Source of the DNA: an uncultured Methylomirabilota bacterium
Lineage (GTDB): Bacteria > Methylomirabilota > Methylomirabilia > Methylomirabilales > 2-02-FULL-66-22
DNA length: 64,000 bases
Direction: 5' to 3'
NCBI GenBank assembly: GCA_963705305.1
Contig: OY970067.1
Coordinates: 5,472,001 to 5,536,000 of the forward strand
Positions within the stretch are counted from its first letter, which is position 1, and every line of letters begins with the position of its first letter. Positions 1 to 9,356 of the stretch are shown here, in pieces. The notes below the pieces were generated by a model, which worked only from the letters and a program-made list of their open reading frames with translations, was not told the DNA's origin and did not search any database. The translations under genes and the position numbers were made by a program.

Positions 1-1
1 G

Positions 2-175
2 CTGGACGCCCGGGGGCAGCTGGTCGTACACTGGCCCCAGCAGGCAGGCGTCTGGGATCCGCAGGAGGACACCGCGATCCTCACCGACGCCGCCGGCCGT
101 GTCGTCGATACCTTCCACTACAAGGGGAAGCGCGTCAGCCGGTCGCCTCGCCGATCCACGCGGGGCAGCCCCTGA
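2..175 (+). CDS. 3' end of a lamin-tail-domain (LTD)-containing protein (partial)
   Basis: Open frame from the window edge: ...VVHWPQQAGVWDPQEDTAILTDAAGRVVDTFHY..., resembling the LTD C-terminal pattern VW-x3-DT-x-L-xD-xxG-xxVD; TGA at 173-175. Confidence 0.5.
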   Translation: MDARGQLVVHWPQQAGVWDPQEDTAILTDAAGRVVDTFHYKGKRVSRSPRRSTRGSP

Positions 176-297
176 GGCCGGCGCCGATCGGCAGCGCGAG
201 CTGCCGATGCCCGAGCAACCGGTCGAGGGGCCCGAGGAGCCCCGATACGTTGCCGTTGCCGGGGAGGTCCGGCCTTCTGCGCAGGAACCGGGGACCG

Positions 298-1062
298 ATG
301 AGCACCAGCTTCTACTCCGATTTCGCCGACTACTACGAATCCGTCTTCCCCTTCCGGGAAGAGGTGTATGCCTTCCTCAAGAGCGGCTTCCCGGCGGGAA
401 GTCGCCGCGTCCTGGATGTCGGCTGCGGGACCGGGCACTACTGCGGCCGGCTGGCGGCGGAGGGCTACCAGACGGTGGGAATCGATCTCGATCCGCGGAT
501 GATCGCCGCCTCCAGCGAACGCTATCCGGCCGCCAGCTTCCGCTGCCTGGACATGCGGGAGGCGGGAGGTCTTGCCGGGATGTTCGATGCCGCTTTCTGC
601 ATCGGCAACGTGGCGTCCCATCTTACGCGGGCGGAGTTCCGGGCTTTCTTGGCGAGCCTGGTCCGGGTCCTGAGGTCGTCCGGAGTGTGGATTCTCCAGG
701 TTGTGAATTGGGACTACATCCTCGGCCGCGGCGCGTATCAGTTCCCGCCGCGGACCCTCGACCCGGGGCCCGCCACGTTCTACCGGGACTACCGGGATAT
801 CTCCGACGACCGAGTCCGCTTCTCCACCCGACTGGCGGCGGGAGGGCGAACGATTTTCGCGGGCGAGGTCTGGCTCCACCCGATCCGGAGCGAGGCGTGC
901 CTGCGCCTCCACCAGGAGGCGGGCTTCAGCCTGCTCGGACATTTCGCCGATTTCCGTCGGACCCCGTTCGACCCCGCCCGCGACTCGGGAAGTGTGTTCG
1001 TGTTCAGAAAGGCCAAACCGCCGCGGGGGCGGTCCGGGCCGGTCGCCGAGCGCACAGGCTGA
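298..1062 (+). CDS. class I SAM-dependent methyltransferase
   Basis: Motif I VLDVGCGTG, GIDL, FDAAFCIGN; ATG at 298. Confidence 0.9.
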   Translation: MSTSFYSDFADYYESVFPFREEVYAFLKSGFPAGSRRVLDVGCGTGHYCGRLAAEGYQTVGIDLDPRMIAASSERYPAASFRCLDMREAGGLAGMFDAAFCIGNVASHLTRAEFRAFLASLVRVLRSSGVWILQVVNWDYILGRGAYQFPPRTLDPGPATFYRDYRDISDDRVRFSTRLAAGGRTIFAGEVWLHPIRSEACLRLHQEAGFSLLGHFADFRRTPFDPARDSGSVFVFRKAKPPRGRSGPVAERTG

Positions 1063-1099
1063 CCGGACGGCAGCCCGCCGAGGAAAAGGAGACGGTTCC

Positions 1100-1714
1100 A
1101 TGATCGCCAAGCCGGCCGAGACCACGTTCGCCATTCATGACCTGCTTCGGCAGCGCTGGAGCCCGCGGGCCTTCTCCCCGCGGCCGGTCGAGCCCGAAAA
1201 GCTGCAAGGCCTCCTCGAGGCGGCGCGCTGGGCTCCGTCCTGCTTCAACGAGCAGCCCTGGCGCTTCATCGTCTGCACCAAGGACCAGCCGGCCGATCAT
1301 GCGCGCCTGGTCGGCTGCCTGTCCGAGGGAAACCTTCCCTGGGCGCCGCAGGCCCCCGTCCTGATGCTCTCGGTGGCCAAGCTCCAGTTCACCCACAACG
1401 GCCGGCCGAACCGCCACGCCCTGCACGACGTGGGGATGGCCGTCGAGAACCTGGTCATCCAGGCTGTGGCCTTGGGCCTGCATGTCCACCAGATGGCCGG
1501 CTTCGATGCGGCCAAGGCCCGGACCGTGTTCGGCATCCCCGAGGACCACGAGCCCGTGGCGGCCATCGCCCTCGGGTACCAGGGCGACGAGCAGGCGCTG
1601 CCCGCCCAGCTCCGCGAGCGGGAGCTGGCGCCGCGAACGCGCAAGCCCCTGGGGGAGACGGTTTTCGGCGGGCGCTGGGGGGAGGCGTCGGCGCTGGTGG
1701 TCCCCCGCGGCTGA
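1100..1714 (+). CDS. nitroreductase family protein
   Basis: RWSPRAF, AARWAPSCFNEQPWRF, HQMAGFD; RBS AGGAG upstream. Confidence 0.93.
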   Translation: MIAKPAETTFAIHDLLRQRWSPRAFSPRPVEPEKLQGLLEAARWAPSCFNEQPWRFIVCTKDQPADHARLVGCLSEGNLPWAPQAPVLMLSVAKLQFTHNGRPNRHALHDVGMAVENLVIQAVALGLHVHQMAGFDAAKARTVFGIPEDHEPVAAIALGYQGDEQALPAQLRERELAPRTRKPLGETVFGGRWGEASALVVPRG

Positions 1715-1850
1715 CCGCCAGGCCCTCATCGCGGGAGGCCGTCGGCCCTGCACGGGATCGCCCGCAAGCTGGCGCATCCTTACGCCCTTTCGGGAGCAAT
1801 TGAAGGGAGTCTTGGGGGGCGCGGAGGGGCGAACACAGGAGGAACAACGC

Positions 1851-2969
1851 ATGAGAATCGAGACCCTGGCGGTGCACGCGGGCCACACCATTGACCCCGG
1901 CACGGGCGCAGTCTCCTCGCCGATCCATTTGTCCACCACCTTCGAGCGGGCGGCGGACGGCTCCGTAGCGAAGGGCTACTTCTACTCCCGACACGGGAAC
2001 CCCAACCGGACGGCGCTGGAGGCGTGTCTGGCGGCTCTGGAGGGGGGCGAGGCGGCGGCGGCTTTCGCCTCCGGAGCGGCCGCCACCATGAGCATCCTGC
2101 AGGCGCTGGCCCCGGGTGATCATGTCGTCGCTCCCACCGACGCCTACCACGGCACCACGATCCTGCTGCGCGACATCCTGGGACCGTGGGGGCTCCGTGT
2201 CACCTTTGCAAACATGACCGATCTCGCCGAGGTGCGGCGGGCCGCCTGGCCCGGCACCCGAATGATCTGGGTGGAAACCCCCTCGAACCCGCTTCTGCGA
2301 ATCAGCGACATCGCCGGGATTGCCGATGCGGCTCACGCGGCCGGAGCGTGCTGCGTCGTCGACAACACCTGGGCCACGCCGATCCTCCAGCGCCCGTTCG
2401 AATTGGGGGCCGATCTCATCCTCCACTCCACCACCAAGTACCTCGGCGGCCATTGCGACGTCCTGAGCGGCGCGGTGGTGTCCAGGCGGGATGATGAGTT
2501 TTTCCAACGCCTGAGAAACCTCCAGGCGCAAGGGGGAGCCGTGGCGTCGCCGTTCGACTGCTGGCTGGTCCTGCGGGGGATCCGCACCCTCCCCTACCGC
2601 ATGCGGGGCCATTGCGAGAACGCCCGGCGGGTGGCAGAATTCCTGGCCCGCCACCCCCGTGTGGAGGCCGTGCACTTCCCCGGCCTCCCGACCCACCCCC
2701 ATCACGTCGTCGCGGCAGCACAGATGAGGGACTTCGGCGGGATGCTGTCCTTCCAGGTCGAGGGCGGCAAGGGGGAGGCCCTGGCGGTCGCCGCCAAGGT
2801 CCGGATCATCACGCGGGCCACGAGCCTGGGCGGTCCCGACAGCCTCATCGAGCACCGTGTCTCCGTTGAGCCGCCGGACACGCGGACGCCGCAGAACCTC
2901 TTGCGCCTCTCCGTCGGCCTGGAGCACACGGACGACCTGATCGAGGACCTGGCCCAGGCTCTGGGATGA
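1851..2969 (+). CDS. PLP-dependent trans-sulfuration enzyme (cystathionine gamma-synthase/lyase family)
   Basis: YSRHGNP, ETPSNP, VDNTWATP, HSTTKYLGGH (PLP Lys), SLGG, LRLSVGLE; RBS AGGAGG. Confidence 0.93.
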   Translation: MRIETLAVHAGHTIDPGTGAVSSPIHLSTTFERAADGSVAKGYFYSRHGNPNRTALEACLAALEGGEAAAAFASGAAATMSILQALAPGDHVVAPTDAYHGTTILLRDILGPWGLRVTFANMTDLAEVRRAAWPGTRMIWVETPSNPLLRISDIAGIADAAHAAGACCVVDNTWATPILQRPFELGADLILHSTTKYLGGHCDVLSGAVVSRRDDEFFQRLRNLQAQGGAVASPFDCWLVLRGIRTLPYRMRGHCENARRVAEFLARHPRVEAVHFPGLPTHPHHVVAAAQMRDFGGMLSFQVEGGKGEALAVAAKVRIITRATSLGGPDSLIEHRVSVEPPDTRTPQNLLRLSVGLEHTDDLIEDLAQALG

Positions 2970-3012
2970 CGGCGCGCGCGGTACACGAGACCCTCAAGGA
3001 GCGACCAGAGAC

Positions 3013-3843
3013 ATGCAGACACATCCAGATCCTACCCGGAAGGACACAGGCCCCGATCGGCTCCCGCAAATCCTGGCACTGGACTTCGACGGAGTCATCT
3101 GCGACACCGTCCACGAAGGGTTCCGCTCTTCGTGGCAGGTGTGCAGGGAGGTGCGCGGGGCGGGGGGCGCCGCTCCGCCCCCCGGGGCGGAGGAGGCGTT
3201 CGTCCGGCTGCGCCCCATCTTGGAGTACGGCTGGGAGTTCCCCGTCGTCCTGTGCGGAATCCTCGACGGCGTGCCGGAGGCCGACCTCTCCCGGGGCTTT
3301 CAGACGGTTTGGCGGCAGCGAATCGTGGAGAAGTACCGGCTCGGCCCCGCAGACTGGGCAGCGCGCTTCGACGCGGCGCGGGACCGCGCGATCCGGGCCA
3401 GCCTGGACGATTGGCTGGCCGATCAAGGCCTGTATCCCGGCATCGCGGATCGCCTGCGCCGGACTCTCCAGGACGGCGTGCGGCTCTTCGTCATTACCAC
3501 CAAAGAGAGCCGCTTCGCCCACCGCCTGCTGGAGGTCCACGGGGTGTCTCTGCCGATCGCACAGGTGTGGGGGAAGGAGCGCGCTCGCCCGAAACCCGAC
3601 CTGCTGCGCGTCCTGCGGCAGGAGCAGGGGGTGGCCTATACCAGCATCTGGTTCGTCGAGGACCGATTGAAAACTCTGCAGGCCGTCGAGGCCGAGGCGG
3701 ACCTCGACCAGGTGGGACTGTTTTTCGCAACCTGGGGGTACGCCACGCCCGACGACCGCCATAACGCCGCCGCCGATCCCCGGATCGCCCCGCTGACCCT
3801 AGAGCAGTTCCGCGCCGATTTTCCGGCCTGGCAGCGCTCGTAA
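3013..3843 (+). CDS. HAD family hydrolase
   Basis: DFDGV motif I, ITTK motif II, FVEDR motif IV, WGY. Confidence 0.88.
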   Translation: MQTHPDPTRKDTGPDRLPQILALDFDGVICDTVHEGFRSSWQVCREVRGAGGAAPPPGAEEAFVRLRPILEYGWEFPVVLCGILDGVPEADLSRGFQTVWRQRIVEKYRLGPADWAARFDAARDRAIRASLDDWLADQGLYPGIADRLRRTLQDGVRLFVITTKESRFAHRLLEVHGVSLPIAQVWGKERARPKPDLLRVLRQEQGVAYTSIWFVEDRLKTLQAVEAEADLDQVGLFFATWGYATPDDRHNAAADPRIAPLTLEQFRADFPAWQRS

Positions 3844-3926
3844 TCAGTGTCGGCGGGGCATTGCGATCTGGAATGCGAGCCCCCGGGGCGCCGCGGCGGG
3901 ATCTGCGGCCCACGCGCGAGGACGGA

Positions 3927-4300
3927 ATGGCGAATCCGAAGGATGGGACCGACCGGCTGATCCAGGCCTGGGACGGGCGGGATTACGAGAAGCATTCGCC
4001 CCACCAGCGGGCCTGGGGCAGCGACGTCGTCACCGAACTCACGCTGGCCGGGGACGAGCGGATCCTGGACCTGGGCTGCGGCGACGGCAGCGTCACGCGC
4101 CGCCTGGCGGAGCAGGTGCCGCGCGGCTTCGTCCCGGGGATCGATGCCGCGCCGGAGATGCTGGAGGCGGCCCGGGAGAAATGCGCCGCCCCTTCCCCAA
4201 TCAAGTGGTAGCGGGAGTGCTCCGGGGTACGCGGCAGCCGGACGGCACGCACGTGGGGCCGTTCCGGCGGATGAACGTGTGGGCACGAACGGGAGCGTGA
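3927..4300 (+). pseudogene. internally deleted class I SAM methyltransferase (trans-aconitate methyltransferase-like)
   Basis: N-terminus with ILDLGCGDG and GIDAAPEML stops at 4211. A second frame (4181-4300) encodes a family-like C-terminus (RGTRQPDGTHVGPFRRMNVWAR) whose TGA overlaps the next ATG. Confidence 0.7.
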
Positions 4301-4974
4301 TGGAAGCGGGCCGCAGGATCCGTTGCGTGCTCTTCGACCTGGACGGGACCCTGGTGAATACCTGGGATCTGTACATCGAGTGCTACCTCTGCACCCTGGA
4401 GCCGTATGCCCGGCGACGGCTGAGCCTGGAAGAGCTGATCGCCCTTGGCCCCACGTCCGAGCTGCGCTTCCTGGGGCGGGGCGTGGCCGGGCAGGACATC
4501 GGGGAGGCGCACCGGGAGTTTCTGCGCCACTACCGTGCTCTCCATCGCCGATTGTTCGGGGGAGTGTACCCAGGCGTTCCCGAGATGCTCGATCGCCTCC
4601 GGCAGAAGAGCGTCATGGTCGGCATCGTGACCGGGAAGAGCCGAGGGGCCTGGGAGATCACCGCGCCGGAGGCGGACCTCGGGGGCTTCGATGTCGTCGT
4701 GACCGACGAGGAGGTCGCACACGCAAAGCCCGATCCCGCGGGGTTGGCCCAGGCCCTCGCGCGCCTTGACGCGACGGCCGGGGAGGCAGTGTACGTGGGG
4801 GACGCGGTGGTGGATGCGCAGGCCGCGCAGGCGGCGGGCATCCGGTTCGCCGCCGCCCTCTGGGCCAAGAGCCGGGACGAGGCGCCGCTGTTCCTGGCCA
4901 AGACGCGCCCGCTGGGGGTGTGGGCCGAGCTGGCGCGGCCCGGCAGCCTTCTCGACGCCCTGGAACGCTCCTAG
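4300..4974 (+). CDS. HAD family hydrolase (phosphoglycolate phosphatase/PpaX-like)
   Basis: FDLDGTL, VTGK, KPDP, YVGD motifs. Confidence 0.9.
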   Translation: MEAGRRIRCVLFDLDGTLVNTWDLYIECYLCTLEPYARRRLSLEELIALGPTSELRFLGRGVAGQDIGEAHREFLRHYRALHRRLFGGVYPGVPEMLDRLRQKSVMVGIVTGKSRGAWEITAPEADLGGFDVVVTDEEVAHAKPDPAGLAQALARLDATAGEAVYVGDAVVDAQAAQAAGIRFAAALWAKSRDEAPLFLAKTRPLGVWAELARPGSLLDALERS

Positions 4975-5026
4975 CCAGGGGCGGCGCGGGCAGGAACACG
5001 CGGCGCAACAGCGCACCGAGGGAAAG

Positions 5027-5623
5027 ATGCGGACAGGTTTCGTCGTCTTCGATCGGATGACCGCTCTCGACTTCGTAGGAATCTACGACCCGCTCACGCG
5101 GCTGAAATCGATGGGATTCATGCCCGATTTCGGCTGGGAGGTGTGCGGTCTCGCCTCCGAGGTCGAGGACGATCGCGGCCTGCGCCTCCAGATCGGTGCG
5201 GTGGGAGGCTCTCTGGGGGGCTACGATCTTGTGGTCGTTCCGGGCGGCGTGGGAACCAGAGGTGCGATGCGGGAACCGGCCTTCCTGGAATGGCTGCGCA
5301 GCGCCGGCCCGGTGCCGCTCAAGGTCTCTGTCTGTACGGGAGCCCTCCTGCTGGGAGCTGCCGGCTTCCTGGTGGGGAAGCGCGCCACCACCCACCCGAG
5401 CGCCCTCCAGGACCTGGCTCCCATGTGCCGGCAGGTGACCGGCGACCGGATCGTCGACGAGGGGACGGTCATCACCGCCGGCGGAGTCACCGCCGCCCTG
5501 GACGTTGGATTGTACGTGGTGGAAAAGCTGGCCGGCCCGGACGTCGCCTTCCGCATCCGGCGTCAGATGGATTACCCGTATGCGCCGATCCCGGCCGGCA
5601 CCGAACCTCCGCACCCATCGTGA
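5027..5623 (+). CDS. DJ-1/PfpI family protein
   Basis: VVPGG, SVCTGALLL (nucleophile Cys), ATTHP, ITAGGVTAALD. Confidence 0.92.
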   Translation: MRTGFVVFDRMTALDFVGIYDPLTRLKSMGFMPDFGWEVCGLASEVEDDRGLRLQIGAVGGSLGGYDLVVVPGGVGTRGAMREPAFLEWLRSAGPVPLKVSVCTGALLLGAAGFLVGKRATTHPSALQDLAPMCRQVTGDRIVDEGTVITAGGVTAALDVGLYVVEKLAGPDVAFRIRRQMDYPYAPIPAGTEPPHPS

Positions 5624-5628
5624 AGCAC

Positions 5629-6282
5629 ATGCATGTCCTTTTCGACCTCGACGGAACCCTGACGGATTCGCAGGACGGCATCACTCGCTGCATGGTCCAC
5701 GCCCTGACCGCGCTGGGCCGGCACAGCCCCGATCCGGCCGAACTGGTGCGGTTCATCGGGATGCCGCTGGCGGAAGCGTTCGGCGCGCTGCTCCAGACCT
5801 CGGACGCGTCGCTCGTGCGGGAGGCCCTTCGCCTCTACCGGGAGCGTTTTTCCGCGCGGGGGATGTACGAGAATCGGGTCTACCCGGAGATCCCCGACAT
5901 CCTTGCCATCCTGCAATCGCGCGGCGTGGTGCTGTGGGTGGCCACCACCAAGCCGCGGCTTTTCGCAGAGCGGATCCTCGCCCACTTCGGCCTGCAGCCC
6001 CGCTTCCAGGGGGTGTACGGCTCGGAGCTGAGCGGGGAGCGAACCGACAAGGGGGACCTCATCCGGCATCTCCTGACCTCGGAGGGCATTTCCGGGCGTG
6101 AAGCGGTCATGGTGGGCGATCGCGAGCAGGACATCCGCGGGGCCCGCGAGAACGGGGCGGGAGCCATCGGCGTACTGTGGGGCTATGGCACCCGGAAGGA
6201 GTTGCTGTCGGCCCGCCCGGACGCCCTCGCCGAGTTTCCACGCCAGCTGGTCCGATTCGTCGGCCAGCCGGCACGCTGGTGA
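5629..6282 (+). CDS. HAD family hydrolase (phosphoglycolate phosphatase/5'-nucleotidase-like)
   Basis: FDLDGTLTDS, ATTKP, MVGDR, WGYG; start may be GTG at 5620. Confidence 0.9.
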   Translation: MHVLFDLDGTLTDSQDGITRCMVHALTALGRHSPDPAELVRFIGMPLAEAFGALLQTSDASLVREALRLYRERFSARGMYENRVYPEIPDILAILQSRGVVLWVATTKPRLFAERILAHFGLQPRFQGVYGSELSGERTDKGDLIRHLLTSEGISGREAVMVGDREQDIRGARENGAGAIGVLWGYGTRKELLSARPDALAEFPRQLVRFVGQPARW

Positions 6283-6335
6283 GGCAACCCGGCTGGGATA
6301 CCTCGGTCTGGCTTCTAGGGGAGGCGGAGAACGCA

Positions 6336-7148
6336 ATGGACACCGAGTCTCGGGAGACCCTCGACCGCTATACCGGACTGGCCGAAGTGTACGACGCGTA
6401 CCGGCCGCGGCCGCCGATGGTCATCGCGGACCTCCTCGCACAGCTGGCACGAACCCCCCGGCCGCGGCTGGTCGTGGATCTGGGGTGCGGCACCGGCCGG
6501 TCCACTCTTCTGTGGGCGGGCCGGGCCGATGCCGTGATCGGCATCGAGCCCAACCAGGACATGCGGTGCGTCGCGGAGGCCCGCAGGGCGGAATGCTCCG
6601 AGGCAGGCAGTATCCGGTTCCAGGCGGGCATCGCCGCCGAGACGGGCCTCCCGGACGGCTGTGCCGACATTGTGACATGCTCACAGTCCTTCCACTGGAT
6701 GGAGCCAAAATCTACGCTTGCCGAAATCGCTCGTATCCTGCACTCTGGAGGGGTCTTCGCCGCCTACGACTACCAACGGCCGCCCACGATAGATTGGGAG
6801 GCCGAACAGGTCCTTTTGACCTTCTGGTCCCGGCTGACCGCCGTCCGGGAGGCGCGCGGCTTGTCGCAGGAGCGGCGGTGGCCCAAGGAGGAGCACCTGA
6901 GTCACATGCGAGATTGCGGCCATTTCCGCTACACGCGGGAGAGCTGGGCGCATAACGTCGAGAGCGGCAACGCCGAGCGGCTGGCTGGGTATGCGCGGAG
7001 CCACGGCGGGATCAGCTCGCTGCTGCGGCAGGGACTCAGCGACGCCGAGATGGGCCTGGACGTCCTGCGCGAGGCGGCGGACCGGATCCTGGGAAGCCAG
7101 CCCCGACCCTGGTTTGTCGGCTATGCGATTCGGATTGCCATCAAGTAG
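6336..7148 (+). CDS. class I SAM-dependent methyltransferase
   Basis: YDAYRP, VVDLGCGTG, GIEPN, QSFHWM. Confidence 0.9.
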   Translation: MDTESRETLDRYTGLAEVYDAYRPRPPMVIADLLAQLARTPRPRLVVDLGCGTGRSTLLWAGRADAVIGIEPNQDMRCVAEARRAECSEAGSIRFQAGIAAETGLPDGCADIVTCSQSFHWMEPKSTLAEIARILHSGGVFAAYDYQRPPTIDWEAEQVLLTFWSRLTAVREARGLSQERRWPKEEHLSHMRDCGHFRYTRESWAHNVESGNAERLAGYARSHGGISSLLRQGLSDAEMGLDVLREAADRILGSQPRPWFVGYAIRIAIK

Positions 7149-7260
7149 CGCGCGACAGCCGGCTCTGTGCGCTGCGCATAGTGCGGCCATTCGTTCCGAC
7201 CCCCGGCCGCGACGGCGCGTTCGCGATAGCGCGAGAGGAGAGAGCGCAGGGGGGTCCCCT

Positions 7261-7785
7261 GTGAGAGGGGTGCTTTGCGTCCTGTTCGTTGCCCTGGCCG
7301 TCGCCCTGCCGGTGTGCGCGCAGGCAGCCGACCAGGTGGCGCTGTTCAATGCCCGCCTCGAGTACACGAATCCGGATCCCCTGCGCTGGCACAAGGATGA
7401 AGAACGGCGCGATCCGAACAAGGGAGTGCTCGTCCTGAAGCGCGACGCGGTGACCGGCAGGAGGGGAGAGACCAGCCAGCCGGTGGTGGCCTTCATTTAC
7501 GAAAAGGTGCCGGGAACGGTTCGCACGCTGGACGAATATGTGAAGATGGCGCGGGATCGGACCCCCTTCACGATCGAGGATATCTCCAAGTCCGATGACC
7601 GGATCATCTATTTCTGCAATTACGACCGCGGCACCCTCCACAGGCTCGTGATCGCCCACTTCCTCTTCGAAGGCAACGGCATCCAGGTCATCGCCGATGC
7701 CGACGATGGGGCCTACGACTACGTCCAGGAGGACTTCGGGCGGCTCTTAGCCTCGATCCGGCTCCTCAAGACTGCCGGCGAGTAG
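7261..7785 (+). CDS. hypothetical exported protein
   Basis: GTG start, hydrophobic signal peptide ending AQA, GC3-biased codons; no family recognised. Confidence 0.7.
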   Translation: MRGVLCVLFVALAVALPVCAQAADQVALFNARLEYTNPDPLRWHKDEERRDPNKGVLVLKRDAVTGRRGETSQPVVAFIYEKVPGTVRTLDEYVKMARDRTPFTIEDISKSDDRIIYFCNYDRGTLHRLVIAHFLFEGNGIQVIADADDGAYDYVQEDFGRLLASIRLLKTAGE

Positions 7786-7868
7786 CGGCGGGCGCCGGCC
7801 CGCCCTTTCCCCTGACCGAAGAGGGGCAATCGGCCGACCGGGGCAACACCGACAGCAGCGCACGGGCT

Positions 7869-8168
7869 ATGTGGCATCCGCTGGGTCTTGCAATTCTTCT
7901 CCTGTACGGCAGCGCCTACTGCGCGGCAGCCATCGCGTGGCTGGCGGCCGTGTCCTACCTGGTCAGGACCGTTGCAAACAGGAAGCCCGGCGTCCGCCTG
8001 TGGAGCGCCGGGCTGGGATACATTCCGCTCAACCTCGTCTTCCGGCCCGATCTTCTGACGGAGCGAGGACAGCTCTGGCGGCGCCGGTTCGGGAGGTCGG
8101 TCCTCGTCTTCGTGGGTGCGCTGGCCGCCGGCGTTGCGCTGACCGGTCTGGCTGCGCTCCTCCACTGA
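7869..8168 (+). CDS. small hypothetical membrane protein
   Basis: 99 aa with 2-3 hydrophobic segments, filling the intergenic gap. Confidence 0.6.
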   Translation: MWHPLGLAILLLYGSAYCAAAIAWLAAVSYLVRTVANRKPGVRLWSAGLGYIPLNLVFRPDLLTERGQLWRRRFGRSVLVFVGALAAGVALTGLAALLH

Positions 8169-8299
8169 AATCCCGCCCGTCCGGTGCGCGCTGCATTATC
8201 CCAGGGGAATGGGTGCCCTGCCCATCATCGGTCGCAGGCCCTGGGCTGCCAACTGGCCGGCAGAGCAGGCCGGGGCCCGGGCCGGCCCTTCCGGTCCCC

Positions 8300-9232
8300 C
8301 TACCAGATCCACCCCGCCTCGATGGCGGACAGGGTTCCCACCGACACCGCCAGCCAGAGGAGCGCCCCCTGCACCAGCGGGCGAGGACCGTTCTTCCGCA
8401 GCACGTCCCGGGTGAGGCCCAACCCGATGAGGAACAGGGTCACCACCAGGCTCTGCTTGGCCACCCCGGACAGGACATGCCAGAGGGCATCCCCCGACGG
8501 AAGGACGGTGCGGAGCGCCGCCGCCGCCACGAAGCCGGCGATGAAGAGGGGGAACTTGGCCTTGCCTTCGGATCGCATCAGCCATCCGCCGCCGAGGGCG
8601 CAGGGAACGATCCAGACGGCGCGGGTCAGCTTCACCGTGGTGGCGATCACCAGGGCCGTGCTGCCGTAGGCCGCCGCCGCGCCCACCACGCTGCTGGTAT
8701 CGTGGATGGCCAGGGCCGACCAGATGCCGAATCCGTGCTGGGACAGCGCCAGGAGATGCCCGATCACGGGGAAGAGGAGCAGGGCGATGGAATTGAGCGT
8801 GAAGACGGTCGCCAGCGCCACCGCGGTTTCGTCGTCGTCCGAGCGGATGACCGGCGCCATGGCGGCAATGGCGCTCCCGCCGCAGATGGCGGTGCCGAAA
8901 GAGATGAGGGTCGAGGTGCGGAGCGATGTCCCGGCCAGCCGGCCGAGCAGGAGGCCGAGCGTCATCGTGGCGGCGATGCCCACGGCGGTGTACACCGCCG
9001 CGTGGCGGCCGGTCGTCCAGATCGTGGAGAGGCTGATGCCGAAGCCCAGCCCCGTCACCGACGCCTGGAGCAGCCGCTTGCTCCAGCGGGAGACACCCAT
9101 CCCCCACGGGTTGCCGAGAATTATCGCAAAGCCGATTCCCGCCGCCAGCGCCAGGGGCGCCGAGGTCCACGGCAGCGCCGTGGCGGCCAGGAGAACGATC
9201 AACAGTCCCTTCTTCAGCCTGTCAGTCTGCAT
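8300..9232 (-). CDS. YeiH/UPF0324 family membrane protein (putative sulfate exporter)
   Basis: GTAICGGSAIAA, IHDTSSVVGA, VKLTR motifs; many TM helices; divergent from LysR gene. Confidence 0.92.
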   Translation of the reverse strand: MQTDRLKKGLLIVLLAATALPWTSAPLALAAGIGFAIILGNPWGMGVSRWSKRLLQASVTGLGFGISLSTIWTTGRHAAVYTAVGIAATMTLGLLLGRLAGTSLRTSTLISFGTAICGGSAIAAMAPVIRSDDDETAVALATVFTLNSIALLLFPVIGHLLALSQHGFGIWSALAIHDTSSVVGAAAAYGSTALVIATTVKLTRAVWIVPCALGGGWLMRSEGKAKFPLFIAGFVAAAALRTVLPSGDALWHVLSGVAKQSLVVTLFLIGLGLTRDVLRKNGPRPLVQGALLWLAVSVGTLSAIEAGWIW

Positions 9233-9335
9233 TCCCTTCCCCCTTCACAATCGTGCGCGATCCGCATCCTGGGAAAATTAGCCTTGCAAAGATAGCAGGC
9301 TAGCTATATAAGCATAAATTCAAAATAGTGATATA

Positions 9336-9354
9336 TATAATCAATCGGATTGAT
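9336..9354. promoter_or_regulatory. LysR-type operator and -10 element in AT-rich divergent intergenic region
   Basis: Perfect dyad ATCAATC-G-GATTGAT (9340-9354) containing T-N11-A, overlapping TATAAT (9336-9341). Confidence 0.7.
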
Positions 9355-9356
9355 AT

